DNA from: a virus
DNA: 20,812 nt
Direction: 5' to 3' (one strand)
Virus record (IMG/VR): IMGVR_UViG_3300020215_000677
Made by a program: the position numbers and the translations under genes. This document shows, piece by piece, positions 1 to 7,662 of the stretch. The notes beneath the pieces were generated by a model. That model saw only the letters and a list, made by a program, of their open reading frames with translations, made no database searches and was not told the origin of the DNA. The stretch's first letter is position 1. Each line of letters starts with the position of its first letter.

Positions 1-127
1 CAGCGTGGTGCTTTTGTCAGTCGATCGGTAGGGTTCATGAGGTTGCTTCCCCTATCTGATCGGCACCCCGCCCCCGCTTCCCCCGGCCCTTCACATTGCC
101 GATGATGGCTTGCGAGCCGTGCGAGAC
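1..127. repeat. Terminal exact duplication, copy 1 (identical to 20686-20812); circular-contig overlap
   Basis: Base-by-base comparison: cagcgtggtgcttttgtcag...gagccgtgcgagac occurs at both window ends, 127/127 identical. The unique length is therefore 20,685 bp. Confidence 0.97.
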
Positions 128-721
128 GGTGACGTGCTTGACGACAATGCTTTGCTTGCCCTTGGCACGATAGACCTTGAGCGCCTGCATTTGAGCGGTG
201 AATGTGCGGGCGAAGCGATTAACTTGCCTCTCGAAACTTTCCTCTCGCACTAGATCCGTAGCAGCCGCGTGCTTGGCGGCCATCCGCATATAGGTGCAAT
301 GCGTTATCGCCATTTGCGAGGCGAGCATTACTTCGATTTCGTCTTTCGGGTTGATACCCTGAAGCACTGGAAGGCAGAAGTTTATAGCTTCCTCGTCGCG
401 CTCTGCCGCAAGGCTGTTTCTATCGGCGGTCGCCTCTGCGAGCTGCAATAGGAGCGTGCGAACGAACGGTTCATTCCCAACTGAATTTATGGAGGCAGCG
501 AATAGATCAAATGCCGCTCGCATGTTGGGGTGTTTCCAGCCAAACTGCCTTGTGATTTTGCCGCCTTCGGTTTTCTGGTCTTCAACCTTCATGCAAGGCG
601 ATGGGGCGCGGTGCTTCACGCGCCTGCGATGCGCGGCAAGGGTGCGCTTTTCCTCTTGCGTCGGCGCATACGCCGGCACGGCGGGAGTGTTTTCGTTGGT
701 TTCGGCCTCTCTCAATTCCAT
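35..721 (-). CDS. Hypothetical protein, 228 aa, in the virion-like operon
   Basis: Long ORF. Its TGA (35-37) overlaps the ATG (36-38, equal to 20721-20723 in the terminal copy) of the 81-aa ORF, giving ATGA coupling across the junction. Its start overlaps the upstream ORF by 10 nt. No family recognised. Confidence 0.75.
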   Translation of the reverse strand: MELREAETNENTPAVPAYAPTQEEKRTLAAHRRRVKHRAPSPCMKVEDQKTEGGKITRQFGWKHPNMRAAFDLFAASINSVGNEPFVRTLLLQLAEATADRNSLAAERDEEAINFCLPVLQGINPKDEIEVMLASQMAITHCTYMRMAAKHAAATDLVREESFERQVNRFARTFTAQMQALKVYRAKGKQSIVVKHVTVSHGSQAIIGNVKGRGKRGRGADQIGEATS

Positions 722-1101
722 GGCTCACCTGTGAGGTTGACGCCATGGGCTTGCAGGGTCGCGCCGGTCGTGGCGGTGATGTAGTCTTGAATCCGCTGCA
801 CCAGCCCCACGATGTACGGGACATATTCAGCCACGTTTTCCTCTTGCGGCTGATTGCTGGGGTGCATGGCGACCACAACCTCGCGAATGCATGAAAGGAG
901 GATCAGCGCGTCAACCGGCATCTTTGGCTCTAGGGTGCCGATGACACCTAGGCGCTCGATTGCCTCTGCATACAGGCGAGCCGTCTCCTCCTGGCTTATT
1001 TCGGCTTGGCGCAAGGTGAAGCTCTGGAATGCCTTCCCGAGCGCGAGCGCATGGGGAATAAACGGCGAGTCAGCCGCCTTGCCTTGATGAACGCTACTCA
1101 T
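712..1101 (-). CDS. Hypothetical protein, 129 aa
   Basis: AGGAGG lies 9 nt upstream of ATG 1101. There is an ATGA overlap with the stop of the 70-aa ORF (tcat at 1098-1101). Confidence 0.75.
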   Translation of the reverse strand: MSSVHQGKAADSPFIPHALALGKAFQSFTLRQAEISQEETARLYAEAIERLGVIGTLEPKMPVDALILLSCIREVVVAMHPSNQPQEENVAEYVPYIVGLVQRIQDYITATTGATLQAHGVNLTGEPWN

Positions 1102-1310
1102 CGGGGTATACCTCCTAGCTCGATGTCAAAGAGCGAGTTGCCACAGGGCGCGAATAGCTGGCTGGTGAATTGGAGCCGGCTTGCAAAGCTCGCCATATTC
1201 GCCGTGGTCATGCTTGGCGTGTACCACTTGGCGGTCTGGGCGGTCGGCTCGTTTGGGCCATTGATTGCCATTCCCATCGTCGCGTGTTTCCTTTTCATCG
1301 CCTGGCTCAT
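1098..1310 (-). CDS. Small hypothetical protein, 70 aa, filling the gap in the operon
   Basis: ATGA stop/start overlaps at both ends (tcat at 1307-1310 and 1098-1101) and G/C-rich third codon positions. It competes with a plus-strand ORF (1123-1371) that has two TM-like helices. Confidence 0.5.
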   Translation of the reverse strand: MSQAMKRKHATMGMAINGPNEPTAQTAKWYTPSMTTANMASFASRLQFTSQLFAPCGNSLFDIELGGIPR

Positions 1311-3430
1311 TGACGTAAGAGACCGAGCGACCGGCCGGCTGTCGGAGACAGAAGACCAACAGAGCGAGTGAGAACCTTTGTCGCGATTATCTCGATATTG
1401 CGTGCGGTGCGCTGGTTCTGCGGAAGGCGCGCGGCCATCTGCTGTAATTGCCTAATCAGCTTGTCACGCTGAGCGCCGGTAGAGGTTAGCCTATCGGCTG
1501 TTTCCCTAATCGTGCGCTGCAGGCCAGAACCGAGCGCACCAGCTGCCTGGCCTCCTAAGCGCCGCCCGATAGTGCCGATTGCCGCGCCTGTTGCGCCAAG
1601 GACGCCGCCGCCAGCGTAGCCGCCAACTGCGGACGATGTAACGTCACCAAGCAGACCGCGCCCGGATCTTCCCCACATTTCCTCGGAAACTTGGGTAAGC
1701 GGAGCGGTGCGGCTGTTGCGCCGGACATCGGCAAGGTTAGATGTTTCGGTGAATGTTTCCTCTCGGCCAATGCCACGGCGCAAGCGCTCTGCGCCTTGCG
1801 TGCCTATGGAAGCCTCAAGCTTCTGCTGTGCGGCGTTGCTGCCTAGAATGCGATCAATGGTGAGCCCCGGATTCTGACGCGGCCGGTCAAGCTTCTGCTC
1901 AATATCGTAGCGCATACCAGCGTTTGACATTTGCCGTTCGGGCGCTGAGTAGCCGGCGACGTTCGCGCGATGCTGGCCTACCGAAACATCGTCCCGCAAA
2001 GCGCGGCGGCCGGATTCATAAGCGCTCTGCTGCCGTGCAATCGGGGCAAAGGCTTCATCCGCCTCTCGAAAGCCTGGAACATGGGTCTTGAGGGCATCAT
2101 CAACAGCGCCGCGAATATCGCTTAGGATGCCCTGAGCGGCCTTGTCTTTGCTGCTATAGCCGAAGCGCGCGACTTGATCGGTCTCTATCTCGGCATCAAG
2201 AGCTTGCCTGATTCGCTGTAGACGGCCGGCCGTAGCTTCGGGCGACGGGGCGTCGAAAGCATCATCAATCTGCCGCAGCCATCGGATGACCGTATCTCTT
2301 TCCGCTGCGGTGTAACGTGCATTGGATAAGCGGTCGGCTATCTGCAGCCGAACTTCAGGAGGGATTGCCGGCGCATTGGTCAATGCGTCTTCGTATTGCG
2401 GCCCGATGCTGCCGCGCTGGGCGCGATTAGATTGCATCTGAGCGTAGGGGTCAGCAGGCGGGCCGATAGTCGCATCTAGGTCTTGCGCAATGCGCTGTGG
2501 TGCCCGGTCCATGCGCCCACCAAGGCGCTCTGACACAAGAGCCCCCGCGCCGGGGTCTCTGCTGGCCGTTGCTCCGGTAACAACCTGCATACCGGGATTT
2601 ACGTCCGCAAGCATACCTTCGGGGCCAAGCTCATCAAGGCGCTGTTGCGCCTGTGCTGGCGAAAGGCCCGTGGCCTGAAGCCGTTCAAGTATCTTGCGCA
2701 CTGCGGCCGGGCTTTGAATGCCGCGATTTGATAGCCAGTTAGCAACGCTGTTCCAGCTCGCACCGATAGCGCGTCCCGCTAGCGGAGCTGCAGAGCCAAG
2801 GATTGAGCCAATGCCCGCGCCAACGCTTGTGTTTTGAAGCCGCTCGCTTATGCTGTCAGCGTCCTGAATCGCGCCGCCTATGCCGCCATAAGTGCCCGCC
2901 GTTATTGCGGCGTTGCCAGTGCGAGGGAGAAGCCCCGCACCCTTGAAGGCGGAAATAGCCGGCAGGCGAGCGATGCCAACGCCAAGGCCGGCAGCTTGCC
3001 CAACGCGCTTTTTGACAGGGTGCTGTTGTCCATACTGCTCTTGCGCGGCGCGCTGTTCTGCAAGCTCGCGATTGTATGGAGTAGAGAAGTCCCAACCCTT
3101 GCCTTGAATGGCCCCCACAGTCGCATCAATCAGGCCAACGCCGGCAGCATTCAACTTGCTCTGGCCGCCCATGGTGAGAAAATCCATCGTTTCCTGACCC
3201 ATGGTCCAAGGTGCGGCAGTGCCGGCAGATGCAGAGCCTCTTAGTTGCTCTGCGGAAACGCCTTCGGAGGCAACATATTCGTCAATCTCTGACTCAGGAG
3301 CGCCTAGGTCAATCATACGCTCGATGTTTTCTTTGATGCGATCAATGTCCGCTTGGTTGCTTGACGCTGATTGTGCGCCGGCCTGGCCTGTTACCAGAGC
3401 CGAAAGTCCGTAAGGCGCGACGCGATCCAT
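1307..3430 (-). CDS. Large Gly/Ala-rich virion-like protein, 707 aa (possible internal/ejection or tape-measure-like protein)
   Basis: ATG at 3430 has AGGAG 8 nt upstream and a TAATG overlap with the upstream stop. The ORF-track start at 3451 is GTG. The protein has several Gly-rich hydrophobic stretches (AAGLGVGIARLPAISAF, GGYAGGGVLGATGAAIGTIG). The function is inference only. Confidence 0.8.
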   Translation of the reverse strand: MDRVAPYGLSALVTGQAGAQSASSNQADIDRIKENIERMIDLGAPESEIDEYVASEGVSAEQLRGSASAGTAAPWTMGQETMDFLTMGGQSKLNAAGVGLIDATVGAIQGKGWDFSTPYNRELAEQRAAQEQYGQQHPVKKRVGQAAGLGVGIARLPAISAFKGAGLLPRTGNAAITAGTYGGIGGAIQDADSISERLQNTSVGAGIGSILGSAAPLAGRAIGASWNSVANWLSNRGIQSPAAVRKILERLQATGLSPAQAQQRLDELGPEGMLADVNPGMQVVTGATASRDPGAGALVSERLGGRMDRAPQRIAQDLDATIGPPADPYAQMQSNRAQRGSIGPQYEDALTNAPAIPPEVRLQIADRLSNARYTAAERDTVIRWLRQIDDAFDAPSPEATAGRLQRIRQALDAEIETDQVARFGYSSKDKAAQGILSDIRGAVDDALKTHVPGFREADEAFAPIARQQSAYESGRRALRDDVSVGQHRANVAGYSAPERQMSNAGMRYDIEQKLDRPRQNPGLTIDRILGSNAAQQKLEASIGTQGAERLRRGIGREETFTETSNLADVRRNSRTAPLTQVSEEMWGRSGRGLLGDVTSSAVGGYAGGGVLGATGAAIGTIGRRLGGQAAGALGSGLQRTIRETADRLTSTGAQRDKLIRQLQQMAARLPQNQRTARNIEIIATKVLTRSVGLLSPTAGRSLGLLRQ

Positions 3431-4101
3431 TAGCTTAACTCCTGAGGCCACGCGGCCTTCAGCTGATCCACCGTTGTGGCTTTAGAGAAGTCCCGCTTGT
3501 ACGCGGCCTTAAGCGCCGCCTTTCTTGCAGCAATCTCGTTCATCGCTTGGGAGCGCGTGGCGGGCTCGTCAATTTCCTTTGCGAGGATTTCTGCGTTGGC
3601 AAGTTCAAGAAGTTTGCGGTTGTAAGCAATGTAAGCTCTGTTATCAGCTATTAGACGGGCCTTTTCCATGTTGTGCCCGAGCTTGCCGTCCGCGACTTCC
3701 CAAGCATCCCTGAAAGCATGGTCATGCTTGATGCGGCCCTTCTCGTCCACAATTCCTATCTTCGAGTCGATTAGCTCTTGCCGCGTTAGCTTGCGTATTG
3801 TTGAAACCCTGGCGGCATGCGCCGGGTGCTTTGCAGAAACAATTTGTTCGGCGCGACGAAACTCGCACGTGTACCCTTGGAGAGAATCGGCCTCCAAGTC
3901 GGCAGGGTCAACGTTCTGGTCCCCTATATCAACCTCGCCGCCGCTTCCATCGGCAAAGCTCCCATATAGAACGCGCCTGCCGTTTCGCTTTCTACTGCCG
4001 CGAACGGTAAACACGGCTCCATCTGTTTTCCGAATAAGCGTGCGCGGGCGGCTGCCGTATATCTCAACCGAGCCATCTGAATTGACAAGAACGTGTCTCA
4101 T
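3430..4101 (-). CDS. Hypothetical protein, 223 aa
   Basis: ATG 4101 forms an ATGA overlap with the stop of the 419-aa ORF (tcat at 4098-4101) and has GGGGGA 6 nt upstream. An alternative start at 4131 gives 233 aa. Confidence 0.75.
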   Translation of the reverse strand: MRHVLVNSDGSVEIYGSRPRTLIRKTDGAVFTVRGSRKRNGRRVLYGSFADGSGGEVDIGDQNVDPADLEADSLQGYTCEFRRAEQIVSAKHPAHAARVSTIRKLTRQELIDSKIGIVDEKGRIKHDHAFRDAWEVADGKLGHNMEKARLIADNRAYIAYNRKLLELANAEILAKEIDEPATRSQAMNEIAARKAALKAAYKRDFSKATTVDQLKAAWPQELS

Positions 4102-5357
4102 GCCAGGTCCCCCATTCCTAGGAAGCTCCATGTTGCATTCCCTGAGCCCGAAGAGGGATCGGCGCCGCTGCCAGCTTCCACAACGCTCCTGAGAATGACC
4201 GAGCCCGCCGCCTTGGCGTCATAGGTCGCGCTATAAACCAGCGTCATGTCGTCTTCCGCGCGAGAGACAAGGCAGGCCCAATCAACACCAGACATATCGG
4301 TGTCTAGGTTGACGGTCATTGCGCCCGTTGCGGTGTCAGCCACCGTGTCCACGTTGTAGTCCGTTTCAATGGTGGTAGAGTTTGCAAGAAACTCTCCCCA
4401 TGCTTTCGGATGGCCGGGGTGATAGTGCTGGAAAAAGGGCGAGGAAAATGCAACGCCTGTGCCTGCTGCCTCCATCGCCGGCTGACCCGCTGTAAGTGGC
4501 CCAACTATGCGCCACTTTTGGCTTGTATTGTCATACCAGCCAACCAGCGTCATTTCAGCGCCCAGATTGCACTGGCCGTTTGAGTCGAAGATGAAACGAT
4601 TAGCCTCCGCCGAAGCCGCATCATTCCGGTCTAGTTGGATTAAGTTGCTTCCGGCATTTACGAGGAGAACCATTCTCCCGTCAGCGCCCCCAGCGAGGCC
4701 CGTAATATCTCGACTGGCATCGCTTGAAAGTCGGAACACCGTTGCTGTTGCGTGACCAGTTGGGGCGTAGTCGTTCTGATCTGCGGTGATCTGCGATGGG
4801 GTAAGGTCGCCGGATAGAGCTAATTCCTTCGCAATCGTAACGGTGTTGTTGAAAGTCTCTGTGCCGGCATGGGTGTTATTGCCTGTGAAGGCATTGGCCG
4901 ATGCAAGCGCAACCGCATCGCCGTCAACATTCACAAGGACAAACGAATCATCGGCTAAGTTATAGGCAACGCTAATCAGGTCGCCGCTTGCCAGCTCGCC
5001 AGACGACAAAGCCGTTTTAACGCCGGCAACTATCTTCTTTATGGTCTTCGCACCAAGCGAGTTTATGTTTAGGGTTGCTGAGCCTGTGTTGGCGAAATTC
5101 GTATAGAAGGTGAAGATTTGGCCGTCATAGAGAGCGGCTGGCACTACCGAGTAGGTCAGGACATAAGCGTTGGCTGAGCCGGTGCTAGTCCGCGTGGCAT
5201 TGCGCCAGTTCCATTCGCGGGTAACAGCGCCTTGTAGCGCCCGCGCGGAATCATTGATCTGGCTTGGCGCTTGACCTTCGGCCCAGGTTGGGACCGTGCC
5301 TGAATTGTTGTCCGCGTCGGCCTGTCGGAAGACTGACGTGTTGCCTATCTCGGCCAT
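4098..5357 (-). CDS. Tail-fibre-like / receptor-binding-like protein, 419 aa
   Basis: The N-terminus (...APSQINDSARALQGAVTREW...) and the following ...GSANAYVLTYSVVPAALYDGQIFTFYTNFANTGSATLNINSLGAKTIKK... match, from memory, the conserved N-terminal module of many proteobacterial prophage tail fibre proteins. Not verified by search. Confidence 0.7.
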   Translation of the reverse strand: MAEIGNTSVFRQADADNNSGTVPTWAEGQAPSQINDSARALQGAVTREWNWRNATRTSTGSANAYVLTYSVVPAALYDGQIFTFYTNFANTGSATLNINSLGAKTIKKIVAGVKTALSSGELASGDLISVAYNLADDSFVLVNVDGDAVALASANAFTGNNTHAGTETFNNTVTIAKELALSGDLTPSQITADQNDYAPTGHATATVFRLSSDASRDITGLAGGADGRMVLLVNAGSNLIQLDRNDAASAEANRFIFDSNGQCNLGAEMTLVGWYDNTSQKWRIVGPLTAGQPAMEAAGTGVAFSSPFFQHYHPGHPKAWGEFLANSTTIETDYNVDTVADTATGAMTVNLDTDMSGVDWACLVSRAEDDMTLVYSATYDAKAAGSVILRSVVEAGSGADPSSGSGNATWSFLGMGDLA

Positions 5358-5358
5358 G

Positions 5359-6600
5359 TCATTGCCCCCTCGGTCTTAAGCCGTATTTTGCTCGCAGCTC
5401 ATCGCCGCGCGACTTGAGATTGTCAGGGTGCAGATTGCTTTTTCTCGCGAACGGCACGACGCCGTAAGTGTAGTCGGGCGCAACCTCATCGGGATTCAGC
5501 CCCCGCTGCCTGGCAAGATCCTGATAGGTCTGCCTTGTAGTGCTGTAGGATGAAAGCTGGCTCTGATACTGAGCCGTGGCCTGATCTAGGAAGGCATCGC
5601 GAAGATCAGGGGAAAGTTTGTCGCCCTTGCGGAGATTGTTGTAGAGGGTGATAATATTTTCGGGCACGCCGCCCGCGTTTGCCGCGTTCGCATACTCGCC
5701 TTGCATGACCGTGCTGCCAGGGTCGAGCATCTTCATGTAGCTGAAGATCAGCGCAATATCAGCCGGGCCGGGGTTATCCGGGTTTGCAACCGCGCCTTCA
5801 TAGGCGCTCACGATATTCTGATAAGCAACGCGCTTTTTCTCAAAGGGCTCTGCCGCCTTGGTGTAATCAGTGCGGAGGTCTCGCGCCTGCTTGAAATCGC
5901 GGCCTTCACCTTCGTTGCGGTTCGGGCGTTCGCCAATCTTGCGCTTGTTGCCGCTTCCCCGCTCTATTTCATAAACGCCGTCCTCAAGGATCACCGTGTC
6001 ATATTTGGGCTCATCAGGTCCGCCCGTCGCAATCGGTTTATTGTCTGGCCCAAAGCGCGTTTGACCGGGACCGAGTGTGTACGGCTCGCCGCCGCCTTGG
6101 AGCTTCAAGAGAACTTCGCCGGCCTTACCAGGGAAGGCGCGGACAAACTTCTGCAAATCTGGCGGCAATGTGGGCAGCAGCGCTTCAAGCGCCTGCCTCT
6201 GGTTTTCTTCCTCTTGTCGTTTCCGCTGCAGCTCGTCCGTTTGGAATTTCCAAAGCGCGTCCTGCGTGTAGTTTTCGCGGCCTTGCTGCATTCCTTGAAC
6301 CGCACCCTTTGCCGCGCGACCTATGACGCCGCCAAAGCCTTGCGGCGGGGCGTGCGGGTCTGGGTTCATCATCGCAAGACCGGCTTGCACTAGTGCGTTG
6401 TTAATCTGCGCGCGGCGCATCTCGGCAGGATCGAACAATGGCGGAAGATTGCCCCCGAGCGCGTTCGCGCTGGGTTTCCCTGTTCCAGGGATTCCTGCGA
6501 GCGCTCCGATGCCCGGAACGCCGGAAATTCGACTCAGATTCCTAAGCCCCAGAAGACCGGGGATTTGCGTGGGTCCAATCGGACCCAGAAGGCCAACCAT
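5359..6600 (-). CDS. Hypothetical virion-like protein, 413 aa; first gene of the late-like operon
   Basis: GAGGA lies 8 nt upstream of ATG 6600. The N-terminus is Gly/Pro-rich, the middle is coiled and charged, and the C-terminal half carries the motif IALIFSYMKMLDPGSTVMQGEYANA. No family confidently recognised. Confidence 0.8.
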   Translation of the reverse strand: MVGLLGPIGPTQIPGLLGLRNLSRISGVPGIGALAGIPGTGKPSANALGGNLPPLFDPAEMRRAQINNALVQAGLAMMNPDPHAPPQGFGGVIGRAAKGAVQGMQQGRENYTQDALWKFQTDELQRKRQEEENQRQALEALLPTLPPDLQKFVRAFPGKAGEVLLKLQGGGEPYTLGPGQTRFGPDNKPIATGGPDEPKYDTVILEDGVYEIERGSGNKRKIGERPNRNEGEGRDFKQARDLRTDYTKAAEPFEKKRVAYQNIVSAYEGAVANPDNPGPADIALIFSYMKMLDPGSTVMQGEYANAANAGGVPENIITLYNNLRKGDKLSPDLRDAFLDQATAQYQSQLSSYSTTRQTYQDLARQRGLNPDEVAPDYTYGVVPFARKSNLHPDNLKSRGDELRAKYGLRPRGQ

Positions 6601-6798
6601 TGGCGCGTCCTCGTTAAAGCATCACAGCCCGCGAACATCGTTCGCGAACTTTCAAAATCCGATTGTTGTGATGACCTTTAACGCCAGCCCGTGCGGTGCG
6701 CCCGGTTCTGTGCAGGGCGGCGGCCCCTGTTTCCATTTTTGGCCTTGTAGCACACTTCTGCTCGCGTTGTCACGCTCAGAAATTGCTTTCCGTCACTC
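6601..6798 (-). promoter_or_regulatory. 198-bp intergenic region upstream of the virion-like operon, with a hairpin/palindrome
   Basis: This is the largest non-coding gap inside the minus-strand gene train. It holds a perfect 7-bp palindrome, cgcgaac-atc-gttcgcg, at 6630-6646. No convincing promoter hexamers were identified. Confidence 0.3.
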
Positions 6799-7662
6799 TC
6801 ACGCTGCTTTCTTCATCCCAACTGCCTCTAAGAGCTGCGGTGTTATCATTGAAGCCGGCACACAACACTTGCGCTCGCCTGGCCTCGGCCCCCAATCGGG
6901 TGACCATTCCTTGCGAGTGAGCGCAGCCTGTATGCGATAGCTCCATTGAGCATTATCAAGCGACGCAGGATCTGGCGGAAGCGGATGCGATTTCGCAAGC
7001 GCAGCCTCAATATACGAAACGGGATCAGCCGTTCCCGCTCGCTTCGCGGCATTGATGACGGAGAGAAGCGCGTCGGGGTTTTCGCCCATGCGCGTCCGCT
7101 TCGCCCATTTGCCGATCAATGAACGCGCGCGGGCCTCTGGCTGATACGGTCTCAGAAGGGCAAGGGCTTCATTCCAAATAATACTCCCTCTTGTGGGCGC
7201 GTTAGCGCCCCTGCCGGGAGGCAATGTCTCCGCTTGGGAAGTGATGCCCGGAAAATCTCCGCTCTCCGTAGGAGTACTATAAGGGTTCAATAAGGGGTTG
7301 GGGGCATGTGGTGCCGGGTTTTGTGGAATGACATGCCGGGTTTCTTCAATAAAGGGGGCATGTGGTGCCGGGTTTACAAGCGCCAACGCGTTCAATGCAT
7401 CAATGTCGAGACGGTATATTGTCGGCCTGTTTCGGCCGCCACCAGGCGCGACGAGAACAAGGACGCCCATCGCTTGCAGACGCCGCATTGCCAGCCTTAC
7501 AGCTCGTTCACATAGCTCCGTCTCGCGAGCAATCTTAGCGAGTGACGGATAGATGCGCGTTCCATCGTCTCTCGCAACATCGGCAAGTCTGACCGCGACC
7601 GCCTTAATAGGCACCGAACCGAACCGGCGCGCGTAAACGAGATTGATAAGCTTGTTGCTCAT
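6799..7662 (-). CDS. Replication initiator-like protein with N-terminal winged-helix HTH, 287 aa
   Basis: The N-terminus (...YPSLAKIARETELCERAVRLAMRRLQAMGVLV...) looks like HTH_36-type phage/plasmid replication proteins. The C-terminus (...LIGKWAKRTRMGENPDALLSVINAAKRAGTADPVSYIEAAL) is typical of phage replication proteins. The start overlaps the dnaB stop by 4 nt (7659-7662). Confidence 0.75.
   Translation of the reverse strand: MSNKLINLVYARRFGSVPIKAVAVRLADVARDDGTRIYPSLAKIARETELCERAVRLAMRRLQAMGVLVLVAPGGGRNRPTIYRLDIDALNALALVNPAPHAPFIEETRHVIPQNPAPHAPNPLLNPYSTPTESGDFPGITSQAETLPPGRGANAPTRGSIIWNEALALLRPYQPEARARSLIGKWAKRTRMGENPDALLSVINAAKRAGTADPVSYIEAALAKSHPLPPDPASLDNAQWSYRIQAALTRKEWSPDWGPRPGERKCCVPASMITPQLLEAVGMKKAA
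7286..7375. repeat. Iteron-like direct repeats inside the initiator gene (candidate ori)
   Basis: The exact 22-mer gggggcatgtggtgccgggttt occurs at 7300-7321 and 7354-7375, each preceded by ttcaataa(g/a)gg. A partial third copy, catgccgggttt, lies at 7332-7343. The repeats encode the duplicated NPAPHAP in the linker between the two protein domains. Confidence 0.6.

Noticed and set aside
1-127. Terminal repeat as a biological LTR/DTR or as att sites of an integrated element.
   Set aside because: An ORF pair reads seamlessly through the junction and no host sequence flanks it. The length of exactly 127 nt matches a common assembler k-mer. This is kept as a caveat under the circularity finding rather than called a biological repeat.
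4098-5357. Possibility of a diversity-generating retroelement or invertase-driven variation acting on the tail-fibre-like gene.
   Set aside because: No reverse transcriptase, no template-repeat copy of the fibre 3' end and no Hin/Gin-type invertase were found anywhere in the circle.
5701-6393. 230-aa plus-strand ORF antisense to the 413-aa gene. Similar long antisense ORFs occur at 17462-18277, 15424-16155, 2834-3244, 3668-4192, 6323-6940 and 12582-13022.
   Set aside because: All lie wholly inside better-supported minus-strand genes. Their products are Arg/Cys/Ser/Pro-rich junk-like sequences without SD motifs. Long shadow frames are expected in GC-rich DNA with G/C-biased third positions.
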